The notes under the pieces are model-generated. The model was given only the letters and a program-made list of their open reading frames with translations. It was not told where the DNA came from and made no database searches. Positions 1 to 11,810 of a stretch of 64,000 nt of DNA are shown piece after piece. The stretch spans positions 17,050,619-17,114,618 of the forward strand of contig NC_083409.1 of NCBI RefSeq assembly GCF_020745735.1, written 5' to 3'. Origin of the DNA: Hemiscyllium ocellatum. Lineage: Eukaryota. Made by a program: the position numbers and the translations under genes. Position 1 is the first letter of the stretch; each line of letters begins with the position of its first letter.

Positions 1-211
1 GGCGATTAGGGATGGGCAATAAATGCTGCCGATCCAGCAATGCCCTCATTCCATCAAGGGAAAAAGAAAAACTGTTTATCCCATGTGTTTTCTGAAGCAC
101 CTCACTGACCTGCATTCATTAATCACCATGGCCACATCGTCCACCTGCACACACATCTGACTTCCAGCCTCAAGCTGACGAGAGACATTCCTTCATTATC
201 TGAGAAACAGA

Positions 212-1130
212 CAGAAACATAAAACACAGGACCAGTAGTAGGCCATTCGGCCCCTCAAGCCTGCTCCACCATTCAATATGATCATGGCCGATCATCCAAC
301 ACTGTCCCCTGTTCCTGCTTGCTCCCCACATTCTTTGAACTCATTAATCTTAAGAACTGTATCGAATTCCTTCTTGAACACATACTGCATCTAATTCCCT
401 CATGCTGGCAAATTGATGAGAAGTATTGAGTTGTTTTTTGACACAATGATCCGTTGGGCCTTTTGGGTCTCCCTGACTCTGACCCTATTCTTATATATTA
501 TGAATAACTGGGTACCAAGGACTGATCCCTGTGGTACCCCAACTGGTAAATATCTGCCATTCAAAAAAAGACTCACTCTTCCTGTCCTGTCTGCCAACCA
601 GTTCTTAATCCATGTCAGGACATGATCCCAAATCCTCTTGTTTGTTGGGATTTCTTTGATTCAGTTGGACATAGTTAATCCTGTCTTTGCCTTCCTCAGG
701 TCCTGTTCAATGTCACCCCCGCATTTTCGATCCTCCTCTGGACTTTCTGCAGGTTTGATCTCCAGATAACCAACATCACCTTCCCTGTTTAGTCTTCCCT
801 ACTCTGGCTGCCTTTTGACATCCCAGGCTGAGAGTCTAGATTTGGGAGTCCCACCCTTACTCATTGTGGGAACAGATTCTGAACAATCTCTGTCTTTTCT
901 TTTGAGGGATCCCACTGCCCTGACACTGATTTCACATCATGGCGTTGGTTCCAGTCCACTTTTACTAAATCATCGCACAGTTTAGTAAAATAGTTCATTC
1001 CCAAGTGAAAACGTTAACACTTGCTGCGTGGTTCTCCATTTCCATCTCAACTCTCAATCTCACTGAGTTCTGGTCACTGTCACTAAACTGCTCCCCCATT
1101 GAGAACCCTTCCAGCTGCCCACATTCATTC
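212..1130 (-). mobile_element. Fragmented CR1-like LINE in the Ig J-C intron
   Basis: RT motif GVPQGSVLGTQLFIIY (ORF 400-597) and a gaaacatagaaacatagg-type 3' tail. Confidence 0.75.
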
Positions 1131-1377
1131 CCTAAACAAGGGTCCAAACCTGTTCCTTGTCTTTCCCCATCACCTTCTCGGGGCAATTAGGGATGAGAAA
1201 TAAATGCTGGCCCTGCTCGTGACACTCACTCCCAAGAAACAATTTAAACAATACCTGGTTTTTTGTCGGGTTTGGTCGGTATTGGATACAAATGTTCAAA
1301 CATTTTACCAGTGAATGTTCTGAGAGTTGAAGTTTCTTCAATTGGCAGGGATTAAAATTGTTTCTCTTGTCTTTCAG

Positions 1378-1706
1378 GCCGTGAGAACTCTCAGCCCAAG
1401 CTGACCCTGCTGCCCCCCTCCCTGGAGCAGGTCAATGCCAAGGGCACTGCCACCCTGGTGTGCCTTGCCAATCACTTCTATCCCGATGAGCTGGAGGTGC
1501 AGTGGAAGAAGGACGGTGCAGTCATTTCGGACGGGGTTCAGACCAGCAACTACCTGCGAGCTTCGGACAGCACCTACAGTGTCAGCAGCCTGCTGACCCT
1601 CTCTGGGTCTGACTGGGAGTCCGACGCTCGCTTCTCCTGTGCCCTCACCCACGTGACCCTCCCCTCTCCCCTCAGCAAGAGCATCAGGAGATCAGAATGT
1701 GTGTAG
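1378..1706 (+). CDS. IGKC: Immunoglobulin light chain constant exon, kappa-like (shark type III/NS4-like), C1-set Ig domain
   Basis: Polypyrimidine tract and AG (1376-1377), phase-1 start. Translates xRENSQPKLTLLPPSLEQVNAKGTATLVCLANHFYPDELEVQWKKDG...STYSVSSLLTLSGSDW...FSCALTHVTLPSPLSKSIRRSECV*. Both domain Cys, the core Trp and the terminal inter-chain Cys are present. The kappa class rests on recalled resemblance to nurse shark NS4 and mammalian C-kappa. Confidence 0.93.
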
Positions 1707-2230
1707 AGTGTTTGAGACAGTCCACAGAGGAGACCCAACTTTAAACAGAACAGGGCTGAGCTGGCAGGACAAAGGTCATTGTCAGCACTGAATGTCAACG
1801 CTCCTCCTTCTCAGGACTGGTCTAGGGAACACTTCTGAGGTTCAGGAGTTCAGGCAGTTCATTGGGACAGCGTAGAGAGAGTTTTATCCTATGTAAAACC
1901 TCATGCTGTCCTTGTTCTGGGAGTGTTTGACGGGTCAGGGTTGACTTGTGATGCTAAGTAAAATCTCTTGAAGATGTTGAAAAGTGCCAGCTGTACAAAA
2001 CAATGTGAACCTCTGAAGTCTCTGCTTCAGTAAAACAGATCCCCTTCCTGCTCAGCCACCAGTTCCAATTCAAGGTTTTTATCACTGTTTAAAGGGACAG
2101 GGTTCTCATGTTACTGAGAAAACCTCCACAAGTGTTTTCCTCAAGCACCATTGTGGCTGTGAATTTGAGCAGCTTCCTCTGTCTGGGCTGTTAATTTTAG
2201 TGTTTATTCTCCCAAAGCCAATCAAATCAG

Positions 2231-2236
2231 ATTAAA
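2231..2236 (+). promoter_or_regulatory. Candidate polyadenylation signal (ATTAAA) of the light-chain transcript
   Basis: First AATAAA/ATTAAA hexamer I found after the stop codon, followed by a GT/T-rich stretch (tctctgtttctgtgtgctttgg). Confidence 0.3.
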
Positions 2237-2614
2237 GTTGAAGAAGATTCAGTCTCTGTTTCTGTGTGCTTTGGAAATGGACCACTCCCTTCAGCTGATT
2301 GGATGCATTTCAGCACAGCATTGTCACAATTGGCTGTTTGGTCTGTCAATCAGTAAGACTTTCATTGTAGTATGGACTGACAGCTAATCATCAATCATTT
2401 TCAAATGATCCCTTTGATCTGGAAACTGTGGAGGTTGCAAGTTTTCAAACAAAACAGAAACTGAAAGCTGTTGGGACTCTGTAATTACAATCTGAGGCAT
2501 TCCCTCTTCACTCTTTTGATCCAGGTAGAGTTGCTGGGATAGCACTGTGCGCTCTCTGCTGCATGCTGGATAGTACCTGTAATGTTTTAAGGCCAGTCAC
2601 TGAGAATGGAGGCT

Positions 2615-3150
2615 GTGTGTCTCTCTCAGTTGAGTGTGCGTGTTTTACATAATGCTGCCTGAGGTGTCACTGTGAATGTGGGTGTGTTATTCAGAGACAT
2701 CGACATGCAGCGCTGAGTAACATGTTCACACTCAGAGAGACACCTCCAGGCAGCATGGACTGTGAGCATTTTACTCAGTGCTCAGAGAGTGTGGTGGTGG
2801 AAAAGCATAGCAGGTCAGGCAACATCCGAGGAGCAGGAGAATCAATGCCTTCATCAGGAAAATTCCTTCATCAGGATGTCCAAAACGTTGATTTTGCTGC
2901 TGCTCAGATGCTGCCTGACCTGCTGTGCTTTTCCAGTACCACACTCTCAACTCTAAGCCCCAGCATCTGCAGTCCTCACTTTTGCCTTGTTACTCAGTGC
3001 TGCCTGGCACTCTGAGTGTGTGCGTTACTCAGTGTTGCCTGTAGATATCTCTCTGAGCGTGTGTGTTATTCTGTACTGCCTGTCAGTATCTCATTGAGTG
3101 TGAATGTGTTACTCTGTGCTGCCTGTAGGTGTCTCTGAGGTATTTGTCTC
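2615..3150 (+). repeat. Degenerate minisatellite of about 30 bp (gtgtgttactcagtgctgcctg-like units) interrupted by the palindromic element
   Basis: Repeated ttactcagtg(c/t)tgcctg and tgagtgtg units at about 2620-2780 and 2985-3150. Confidence 0.65.
2781..2982. mobile_element. Palindromic element, same family as 45312-45500, centre rearranged
   Basis: gagagtgtggtggtggaaaagcatagcaggtcaggc ... gcctgacctgctgtgcttttccagtaccacactctc. Confidence 0.8.
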
Positions 3151-3812
3151 TGAGTGATGGATAGAGAATGGGCTTTGTGATGGGAATTGAAGACTTGGCT
3201 TTAATCATCTCAAATCATGAATGAAAAACAGTTCAGTCTGAAATGGTGCCTCAGTGAGATGGCCAAAGTTTAAAAATCACACAACACCAGGTTATAGTCC
3301 AACAGGTTTCTTTGGAAGTACATGCTTTCAGAGGTCCTTCATCAGGCAGCTAGTGGGGCAGGATCATAGTTGATAGAATTTACAGTGAAATTGAGATGGC
3401 AACTGAGAAAGGTGAATACTGCGAGTGTGTTCTCAGTAAGGGAGGGATTTCAGAGGCAGTGGGCACTGTGCTCCCTAATGTGTTGCCTGATTACAAGGGG
3501 ATTTTCTGGATCCAGGGTTATTGCAGTTGTGGCTGCCTGCCCAGCCAGTGCTGACTACCCATAGTCATATTTCAATGGTCAATTAGCTCTAAACTACGTG
3601 CAGTAATATTACCTTACAGAGAGGGGAGCTGTCTGAGCGAGGGTGGTTGAATTCTTGCAGCCCCAAGGGGGGTTGCAGTGGATTAATGAAGGACACTACC
3701 AACATGAAGGTACCACCTTCTCTCCCCCTGCCTCAGCTGTGGTGACCCTTGGATTAAACTCACCACCATTTGGCTCTGTCTGTAATGAGTGAGTGGGACT
3801 ATGCTCCTCTGG

Positions 3813-3955
3813 GATTAGATTAGATTAGATTACCTACAGTGTGGAAACAGGCCTTTCGGCCCAACCAATCCACACCGACCCTCCAAACAGAAACCCACCC
3901 GACCCATTTCCCTCTGACTAATGCACCTAAAACTATGGGCAATTTAACATGGCCA
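3813..3955 (-). mobile_element. 5'-truncated HE1-like SINE / CR1 tail with (ATTAG)n end
   Basis: gattagattagattac followed by ctacagtgtggaaacaggcctttcggccc, the reverse complement of the SINE tail. Confidence 0.8.
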
Positions 3956-4412
3956 AAACATTATGTTTTCAAGAAGGGGGTAGAGACAGCTCTTGTGGCT
4001 AAAGATTCAAGGGATATGGGGTAGGGAGGGATTACAGTGTAGTGCTCGATGATCAGCCATGACCATAGATAGATTCTTGATGACTGAAGAGATGAAACAT
4101 TATCAGAGAATGTAGAGTTGAGGTTAAAATCAGATCAGCCATAAGGGCCGAGTGGCCTACTTTTGTTCCTTGCCCATATGTTGCCTCATACACTTTCACA
4201 CAATTGAAGACTGTCATTTGCATTTTCTACCTGCAGATTAAGCTGCTTGTGCAATAGGCCTCATCTGTACAGTGTTTCCTCCAGTCTTTCACCATGATAT
4301 AGTTAAGATAATGATCCCATAATCAATCCATTAACTTTGTAAGTTAGTTTAGTTAAAGCAATAAAACACATTACAATCATGAAGCAGACATTACAGCAAG
4401 CAAGATTTCACT

Positions 4413-4712
4413 GCACGGAGGCTCAGTTGTCAGCAATGCTGTCCCGCAGCGCCAGGGACCCAGGTTCGATTCCAGTCTCGGGCAACTGTCTGTTTGGAGT
4501 TTGCACATTCTCCCCGTGTCTGTGGGTTTCCTCTGGATGCTCCGGTTTCTTCCCACAGTCGAAAGATGTGCAGGTTCGCTGAATTGGCCAAACTAAATTG
4601 TCCATGGTGTTCAGGGGTGTGTGGGTCAGGGAATATGTAGAGTAATGGGGTGGGGGAGTGGGATGCACTTTGGAGGGTCAGTGTGGAGGCCTATTTCCAC
4701 ACTGTAGGGATT
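4413..4712 (+). mobile_element. HE1/V-SINE-like SINE
   Basis: Same head, core and tail as 34124-34434; more diverged. Confidence 0.85.
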
Positions 4713-5000
4713 CAGCGAATTGATCTTGGTCTGTGCAGCTTGCAGGCTCACAGATGACTATCTGGTGGGTAGAGTTCAACACCGTACATACACAGGGGTG
4801 GATTTTCTTAAAGGTAATGTGTGCACACAGCACACAGCTACTGAATATCAAGGCAAGATAGTTACATTCTCTCTTGTTGGAGACAGTCATTGCCTGGCAG
4901 CTGTGTGGCACAAATGTAACCTTATTCATGTTCCAAACCCACATCTCTATCAGTAAAATGCTTTGGAACATTCTCAGGTGACAAAAGGTGCTATACATTT

Positions 5001-5322
5001 GGGGTGGCACGATGGCTCAGTGGTTGGCACTGCTGCCTCACAGCGTCAGGGACCCGCCTCAGGCAGGTCTGTGCGGAGTTTGCACATTCTCCCTATGTCT
5101 GCGTGGGCTTCCCCCGGGTGCTCTGGTTTCCTCCCACAGTCCAAAAGATCTGCAGGCTGGTAAACTGGCCATGCTAAATTGCTAGTGTCCAGGATGAGCA
5201 GGCTAGGTGGATTAGCCATTGGAAAATACAGGGATAGCATCGGGGTCTGGATGGAATGTCCTTTGGAGGGGTGGTGTGGACTCGATAGGCTGAGTGGCCT
5301 ACTTCCACACTATAAGGATTCT
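5001..5322 (+). mobile_element. HE1/V-SINE-like SINE
   Basis: ggggtggcacgatggctcagtggtt head, conserved core and tail. Confidence 0.85.
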
Positions 5323-5426
5323 GTGATACAAATGTAAGTTCCTTCTTTCCATTCTAGCCCTGAAGCATGTGGTTCTGTCTCATTTCCACTCAAGAGATGG
5401 CAACCCTTTGAAAACAGGAGCAGCCT

Positions 5427-5547
5427 CTATTCTTTTGGAAAGTACTTCTTCCACTCTGTGTCCTTCATAGCCTTGTAGACAACAACAATGAGATCGGGAA
5501 ATAACCCAAAGCTATAATCTTCTGGACTCTTCATTAAACTGTGGAAC
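5427..5547 (-). pseudogene. RNASEL: RNase L-like gene, terminal coding exon (end of KEN/RNase domain)
   Basis: ttgtacttttcAG acceptor, phase 2. Translates [39 protein letters not shown], which aligns to recalled human RNase L [38 protein letters not shown]. Phase matches the donor of the exon at 9629-9753. Confidence 0.85.
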
Positions 5548-5867
5548 CTGAAAAGTACAATTAATGTCCAAGTCAATGAAGATATTTCTCAGCAATCCCT
5601 AAATGCTGAGTTTTAGTACTCAGCAGGCCCCAGGAATCAAAATAACCGAGTAGATCATTGCTCTGAATTGCTCATAAATGTCACCTTCACATTTCAGGAG
5701 GCTTTGATCAAAAAGGTTGCTTACTCCTCTCCAAAATACAGCTTAAAATCAGCTCCAACTCCCAACCATCCAGCTGAGAGCGGAGCCCTGTACAAACTGG
5801 AACCTGGTCAGTGGGAGCACTGTCACCTCTGTCTCAGAAGCTTTGTCTATTTAAACCAGTGTCTTAG

Positions 5868-6685
5868 TCAGAGAGTCATTCAGCACGGAAACAGACCCTT
5901 CGGTTCAACTCATCCGTGCCAACCAGACATCCTCATCTAGTTCCATTTGCCATGATTTAGCCCATATCCTTCTAAACCCTTCCTATTCATGGACCCATAT
6001 AAATGACGTAATTGTACCAGCTTCCACCACTTCCACTGGCAGCTCATTCCGTGCATGCACCATCCTCTGCATGAAAAGTTGCCCCTTAGTTCCCTTACAA
6101 ATTCTTCCTCTATTACCTTAAACCTATGCCCTCTAGTTTTGGACTGATATACCCTGGGAAAAAGACCTTGGATATTCACCTTATCGATGCCCCTCACGAT
6201 TTTATAAACCTCCATAAGTTCACCCCTCAACCTCCAACGCTCCAGGAAAGTAGCCCCAATCGATTCAGCCTCTCCCTGTAGCTCAAACCCTCCAGTCCCG
6301 ACAACATCCTTGCAAATCTTTTTTTTGCCCCCTTTCAAGTTTAAAAACATTGTTCCTAGAGCAGGAAGACCAGAACTGAGCCCTGTATTCTCAAGGTGTC
6401 CTCACCAATGGCCACTTTGGTGGACAGCCAGAACATGACATCCCAACTCCTATACTCAATGCACAGACCAATCAAGGCGAGTGTACCAATCACCTTTGTC
6501 ACTACCCTGTTTACCCATGGCTTCACTTTCAAGGAACTGTGAGTCTGCACTCCAAGGTCTCTTTGCTCAGCAACACTCTCCAGGAATCTGCCCTGATTTG
6601 CCTTCCCAAAAAGCAATGCCTTACACTTATCTAAATTAAACTCCATCTCCCACCCCTTGCCCATTGGCCCATCTGAACACGAATT
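5868..6685 (-). mobile_element. CR1-like LINE 3' fragment
   Basis: MEFNLDKC, QRDLGV, RLRGELMEVYKIVRG motifs. Confidence 0.9.
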
Positions 6686-6689
6686 GATC

Positions 6690-7392
6690 ATACATTACAA
6701 ACTGGAACATATGGAAGGCATTGGTGAGACACAACTGCAGTATTGTGTCCAATTGTGGTCTGCTTATTAGATTAGATTACTTACAGTATGGAAACAGGCC
6801 CCTCGACCCAACAAGTCCACAGTGACCCTCCCAAGAGCAACCCACCCAAACCCAATTCCTTACACCTAACACCATTTGAGGAAGGATGTGGTGGGACCGG
6901 AGGCTGTTCAGAGGATTTTCCCCAAACTGATTCCAGGAATGAAAGGGTTGTCCTATGAAGAGCAGTTAAATAGATTGGGCTTGTACTCACTGGAGTTCAA
7001 AAGAACGAGGAAGGATCTGATTGAGGGATAGAAAATGTGAAAGGGGATTGATAGGGTGGATATTGAATAGATGCTCCCCCTTGCGGGACAGTCTGGAACA
7101 AGAGGTCATCGATATCGAGTGAGAGGAAGTAGGTTCAAAACTGAGATGAGGTGAAACTATTTCTCCCAGAGGGTTGTGAATCTGTGAAACTCAATGCCCC
7201 AGAGTGCAGTGGAGGCAGAATCAATCAACAGGCTCAAGAAAGATATGTTTCTGATTAAACGTGAGATAAAGAACAAAGGCAACAGGCAGGAGAGTGGAGT
7301 TGAGACCAGGATAAGATCAGCCACAGTCATGTTAAATGGCGGAGCGGGCTCAAAGGGCTGAATTGCCTCCTCCCGCTCCTAATTCCTATGTT
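6690..7392 (+). mobile_element. CR1-like LINE 3' fragment of a second subfamily
   Basis: LVRPQLQYCVQ-like coding remnant and cctcctcccgctcctaattcctatg tail. Confidence 0.8.
6766..6872 (-). mobile_element. 5'-truncated HE1-like SINE tail nested in a CR1 fragment
   Basis: (ATTAG)n and ggaaacaggccc...caacaagtccac interrupt the CR1 sequence. Confidence 0.75.
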
Positions 7393-7759
7393 GAGCACAC
7401 AGTCAAGGCTGACACTGCAAAACTGAGGGAGCTGTTGTCTTTCAGGTGAGATACAAAACAGAAGTCCTGCCACAATCTATCGAACTGTACTATCTCCCCC
7501 AGTGACAAATGCTGGAATTTGAATTCAAATCACAAAGCAAGCCTCATTAATGGTGACCACGATAGTGATCCCTGAATGCTGTCCAGCCTCAGCCTTACCC
7601 AGTCTGGACTTCATGTGACTCTAGCCCCACAGCAATCTGGTTAACTCTTAGGTGCCTTCTGAGAGGCCACAGCAAGGCCAGCAGTTCAAGGGCAATTAGT
7701 CTTGGGTTACAAATGCTGATCGATGCCAGTGACACCCACGTCCCAGAAAATAGAATGCA

Positions 7760-8850
7760 ACAGAGATTGGTGTCAGCCAAAATTGTCAGATCAGACTCCC
7801 AATGAGATGGGGAGATGGTTAAAGATGTATTCAGCTCAGTATGGAACAGGTCCCCACTTGTTAGCACATCGTCACTGATAAAATAAGTGAGAGAAAACAG
7901 AAAACTAAAGGTGAGAACACTCAAATGTGGGAATATCAGTGAGATTTCAGGCAACTGAAGGAAGATATGAAGAACTGCAAAGGAAGACAAAAAGGAAGCA
8001 AGAGTTACAAAGCAAGTGATGGAGAAAGAGACCTGCAAGAGGTCACAAGAATAACACAAATGCTTTACACGAAAATTAGAAAATCATGGGAGCTCCATTG
8101 CAATGTGACCCCATTAAAAACAAACTGGGAATTCCATGAATGAGACTAAGGGAATGACCGATGTGAACAATAATTAGTTGTGTCAGTCTTCACGGTCAAG
8201 GAACAGGATAATGCAGCTTCCATTCCAGGGAGGTTAACAATGAAAGGAAGATTGGAATTCACAAAACTTGATACATGCCAGAAAACAGCATTGGAGAGTG
8301 AGCAGCTCTAAAGGCTGACAGATCTCCAGGACCTCAGGGGTTTAAAGGAAGAGGGGGAAGAAGTTTCAGAGGCTTTTCCCATCAGATTCCGAAGCAGCAA
8401 CGATTCCTTTAGTTTGGAAAATGTCTTGCTGTAACTCCACGGGTTGAAGAAAGATGAGTGAGGGAACCAAGGAAATTATATCCTGGTCAATCTAACATCT
8501 CTTTTAGGGGCTTCATTGGAATCTATAATTAACAGCCGAGAGAATGAGCATGTAGAGAATTGGAAATAGCCCACATAGATTTGTGATGGGTAGGTTTTAA
8601 CTAACAAACCAAATGCATTAAATAAAATAGTTGATAGGATGTATAGGCTTATCAACTTTCAGAAGTACTCGATCATTTACCATAAAACAGTCTGCTGACC
8701 AATATTAAAACCCTTAGGATTGAAGATGAATGTTTGACTTGGTTCAGAGGCTGGTTTAGTGACAGACAACAGAGAAAGAAAGTGACGAGTGGTGTTCCAC
8801 AAGGATTCTGTGGTGAGGCCTTAACTACTTACTGTATGTATTAATGAGAA
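7760..8850 (+). mobile_element. Old degraded CR1 ORF2 fragment
   Basis: Remnants of the endonuclease-RT linker and SGVPQG motif (gagtggtgttccacaaggat at about 8790). Confidence 0.55.
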
Positions 8851-8974
8851 TCATAGTTCCACATTGACACAAAGACTGATGGAATAGTAAGCAGTGCAGA
8901 TGATGTTTTTGTTTAAAACTCACTTGGAGGACATGGGTGTTGCTGTTTGGGCCAGTTTCCTAGTTGCCCTTGAG

Positions 8975-9312
8975 AATCATAGAATCATAGAATCATTATA
9001 TGGTGTGGAAGCAGGCCATTCAGCCCATCAAGTTCACACCAACCCACCAAACAGCAACCCGTCTAGATCAGCCCCATCCTTGTAATGCTGCATTTCCCAT
9101 GGCTAACCCACCCTGCCTGCACATCCCTGGACACTGTGTGCAATTTAGCATGGCTAATCCACCAAAACTACACATCTATGTAGTGTGTGGAGGAAACTCA
9201 CTCAGACCTGGGGAAAATGTGCAAACTCCAGACAGACAGTCATCCCAGGGTGGAATTGAACCCAGGTCCCTGGCGCTGCGAGGGAGCAGCACTAATCACT
9301 GACCCACAATGC
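8975..9312 (-). mobile_element. HE1/V-SINE-like SINE
   Basis: Reverse complement of head (gcagcactaatcactgaccc), core and (ATAGAATC)n tail. Confidence 0.8.
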
Positions 9313-9628
9313 TGCCCTTTGCAAGGTGGTGGTGAGCTGCCTTCTTGAACCGCTGCAGTCCATGTGCTGTAGATAAACCCACAATGCCCTAAGGGAGGGT
9401 AGTCCAGGATTTTGACCCAGCGACACTGAAGGAACGGTAGTATATTTTCATATCAGGATGCTATGTAGATTTGAGTGAAACTTGAAGGTGGTGGTATGCT
9501 GTGTATCTGCTGCACTTGTCCTTCTAATGGAAATGGCCTTGGGTTTGGAAGGTGCTCATTCTGCCTTTGAATCAATGCAAAAAGCTGAAAAAGCAGGAAA
9601 ATATTGCCACCAACGATTGTTCACATAC

Positions 9629-9753
9629 TCTTTCTATTCATCGAAGTGCTGGATGAGGTTTCTTATGAATTTCAGAAGGTCATTGATAGTGTCCTTATAT
9701 TCTTTATTCTTACCTTGTCTCTTGTTCATGTCATTGAGGAGAACGGAGTCAAC
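9629..9753 (-). pseudogene. RNASEL: RNase L-like gene, penultimate exon (catalytic part of KEN domain), disabled
   Basis: Translates [40 protein letters not shown] versus human INECVMKKMNKF...[24 protein letters not shown]. Phase-2 donor GA|gtatgt. In-frame TAG at 9634-9636; acceptor reads ttctCG instead of AG. Confidence 0.88.
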
Positions 9754-10699
9754 CGAGAAGGAAATGAACAGCAGAGTTTGTTTTCTCTGATGATTAAATT
9801 CACCTTGCTTGCTCCTCTGAACACCTGAAGAAGGGGCGAGGCTTGTGTCTTATAATAAACCTGTTGGACTATAACCTGGTGTCGTATGATTTTTGACCTT
9901 GGGGATTCCTGGATACAAGGTGTTCAGTAAAGATAGGAAAGAGAGAAAATTGCGGGAAGTGGTGGAATGTACTGGAGCATGAGAGTGCTGACCAACCTTA
10001 GGCCCTGAGATATGATGGAGATGAAGGGTGAACTCTACTGGGCTTTAACTCACTGTTACCAGAGTAAAACAGGGATTGCCCATTTCACAAGAGAGTACAT
10101 GGAGCTAACAAACCAGGTGCGTGTGAAACACCCACCCTGTCCCTGAGAGAGTGTGGGACAAGAACAGGGACATTCTCAGACAGAAAGGATGCTAAAAATG
10201 GTATCACCCCGAGAGTGAAGGGTGGGGATAGTGACAGCGGCACTCCCCCAGAGAGTGGGGAAAGTAACACTGACACATTTAAAACTGTATTATCACAAGT
10301 GAGAATTCAAACAGCCACCCAATCCATCATACGGTGTTGAAGATGCACTGTCCTCATCAAAACATGTTTGCAAACTCTTCACAACACATAAGGGGAGAGA
10401 AACATTGAAAACTGTATTATCACGAGTAAGGGTCCATTTAAAACTTGGATCATGATGTTAAATGTTCTCAGCCGCAAACAACACTGGTGTTTTGACGTCA
10501 TTATCTTACTAAACAATATTAAAACCTTGGCCAAACATTTTCCTGCAGACAGTGTATTTAAAATATCAAGAGGCTTTCCCCATTGTTGGTTTGATCAGTG
10601 ACGTAGCAAGGAAGCAGCAGCTGCCCCATGAACTCCAACAAAAGAATGAGAACAGGCTCTTCATACGGAGCTGGCTCCCAAGAATCCAATTCAACAGCA

Positions 10700-11810
10700 G
10701 GGACCAAAGAACAAGGAACAATACAGCACAGGAACAGGCCCTTCAGCCCTCCAAGCCTGTGCTGACACATTTTGCACTTCCATACTGAAACTATCTTCAC
10801 CTACAGGATTCGTATCCCTCTATTCCCTTCCTATTCATGCATGAGTGCAGGTATTTTTTGAATACTTCTATTGTGTCTGCTTCCACCCCGTCCTCTGGCA
10901 GTGTGTTCCAGGTATTCAACTCCTTTTGTGTGAAATACTAGCCTTGCACAATTCTTTAAATTCCCCCCTCCCCCCACACCTTGAACCTCTGTCCCCGAGT
11001 AAGTGATCCCTCCATCCTGGGAAAAAGCCTCATATTTTCCACTCTACCTATGCCATTCAAAACTTAATAAACTTCTATCAGGTCACACCTCATTTTCCCT
11101 CATTCTGGTGAAAACAAACCCAGTCTCTCCAACCTTTCTTCAGAACTAAAATCCCCCATACCAGACAATATCTAGGTAAACATTTTCTGCACCATCTTCA
11201 AAACATCCACATCCTTCTGATGGTGTGGCAACCAGAACTGTATACAATATTCCAAGTGTGGCCTAACTAATGGTCAATAAGCTGCAGCATGACTTGTCTA
11301 TCCTTATACTCAATGCCCCTTCCAATGAAGGCAAGCAGGCCATAAGCCTTTTTTACTGCCTTACCTCCCTGTGCTGCCACCTTCAGTGATCTGTGAACAT
11401 ACACACCCAGATCCCTCTGCATATCAATACTCCAAAGGATTCTGCCATTCACTGTATAATTCCCACCCGTACATCACCTTTCAAAATGCATCACCTTACA
11501 TTTGTCTGGATTAAACTACATCTGCCATTTTTCTGTCCATGCATCCAACTTATCTATATCCTGCTGTGCCCTCTGACAATCCTTCTCATTATCTGTAACT
11601 CTACCAATCTTTGTATCAACTGTAAACATTTAATAGACCAGCTACACTTTCCTCTAAATCATTTATGTAGACCACATACAGCAGAGTTCCCACCACTGAT
11701 CCCTGTGGGACACTAGGAATCACAGCCCTCCATTCTGAAAACCATCCTCCCATCACTGCCCTCTGTCTCCTCTGACTCAGCCAGTTCTGTATCCAAAGCT
11801 GGGAACATTT
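10700..11810 (-). mobile_element. CR1-like LINE 3' fragment
   Basis: VPQGSVVGTLLYVVYINDLEE, QRDLGVYVHRSLKVA motifs. Confidence 0.9.

Noticed and set aside
1-1377. J segment or recombination signal upstream of the C exon
   Set aside because: No FGxG-type J frame or heptamer-spacer-nonamer seen; the region is mostly CR1/L2 remnants, so V and J must lie left of the window if present.
2540-2680. CACTGTG heptamers as a kappa-deleting-element-like RSS
   Set aside because: No good nonamer at 12 or 23 bp spacing; the heptamers belong to the local minisatellite.
2615-3150. CRISPR-like repeat-spacer array
   Set aside because: Eukaryotic DNA; the units are degenerate tandem repeats without unique spacers.
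5868-7392. Twin-priming inversion of one LINE
   Set aside because: The two oppositely oriented pieces cover overlapping ORF2 regions and have different 3' tails, so they are independent insertions.
7595-8059. 154-aa hydrophobic ORF as a membrane protein
   Set aside because: It is the antisense reading of a purine-rich degraded CR1 fragment plus an L2-type tail.
9629-9753. IRE1/ERN assignment of the KEN-domain exon
   Set aside because: The motif is [12 protein letters not shown], not DLLRAxRNKKHH, and the next exon has FPDLxxxVY as in RNase L.
9709-9785. Signal-peptide-like leader exon ending G|gtaag on the minus strand
   Set aside because: The frame continues through this GT into the RNase L motif, and the hydrophobic part is the intron pyrimidine tract.
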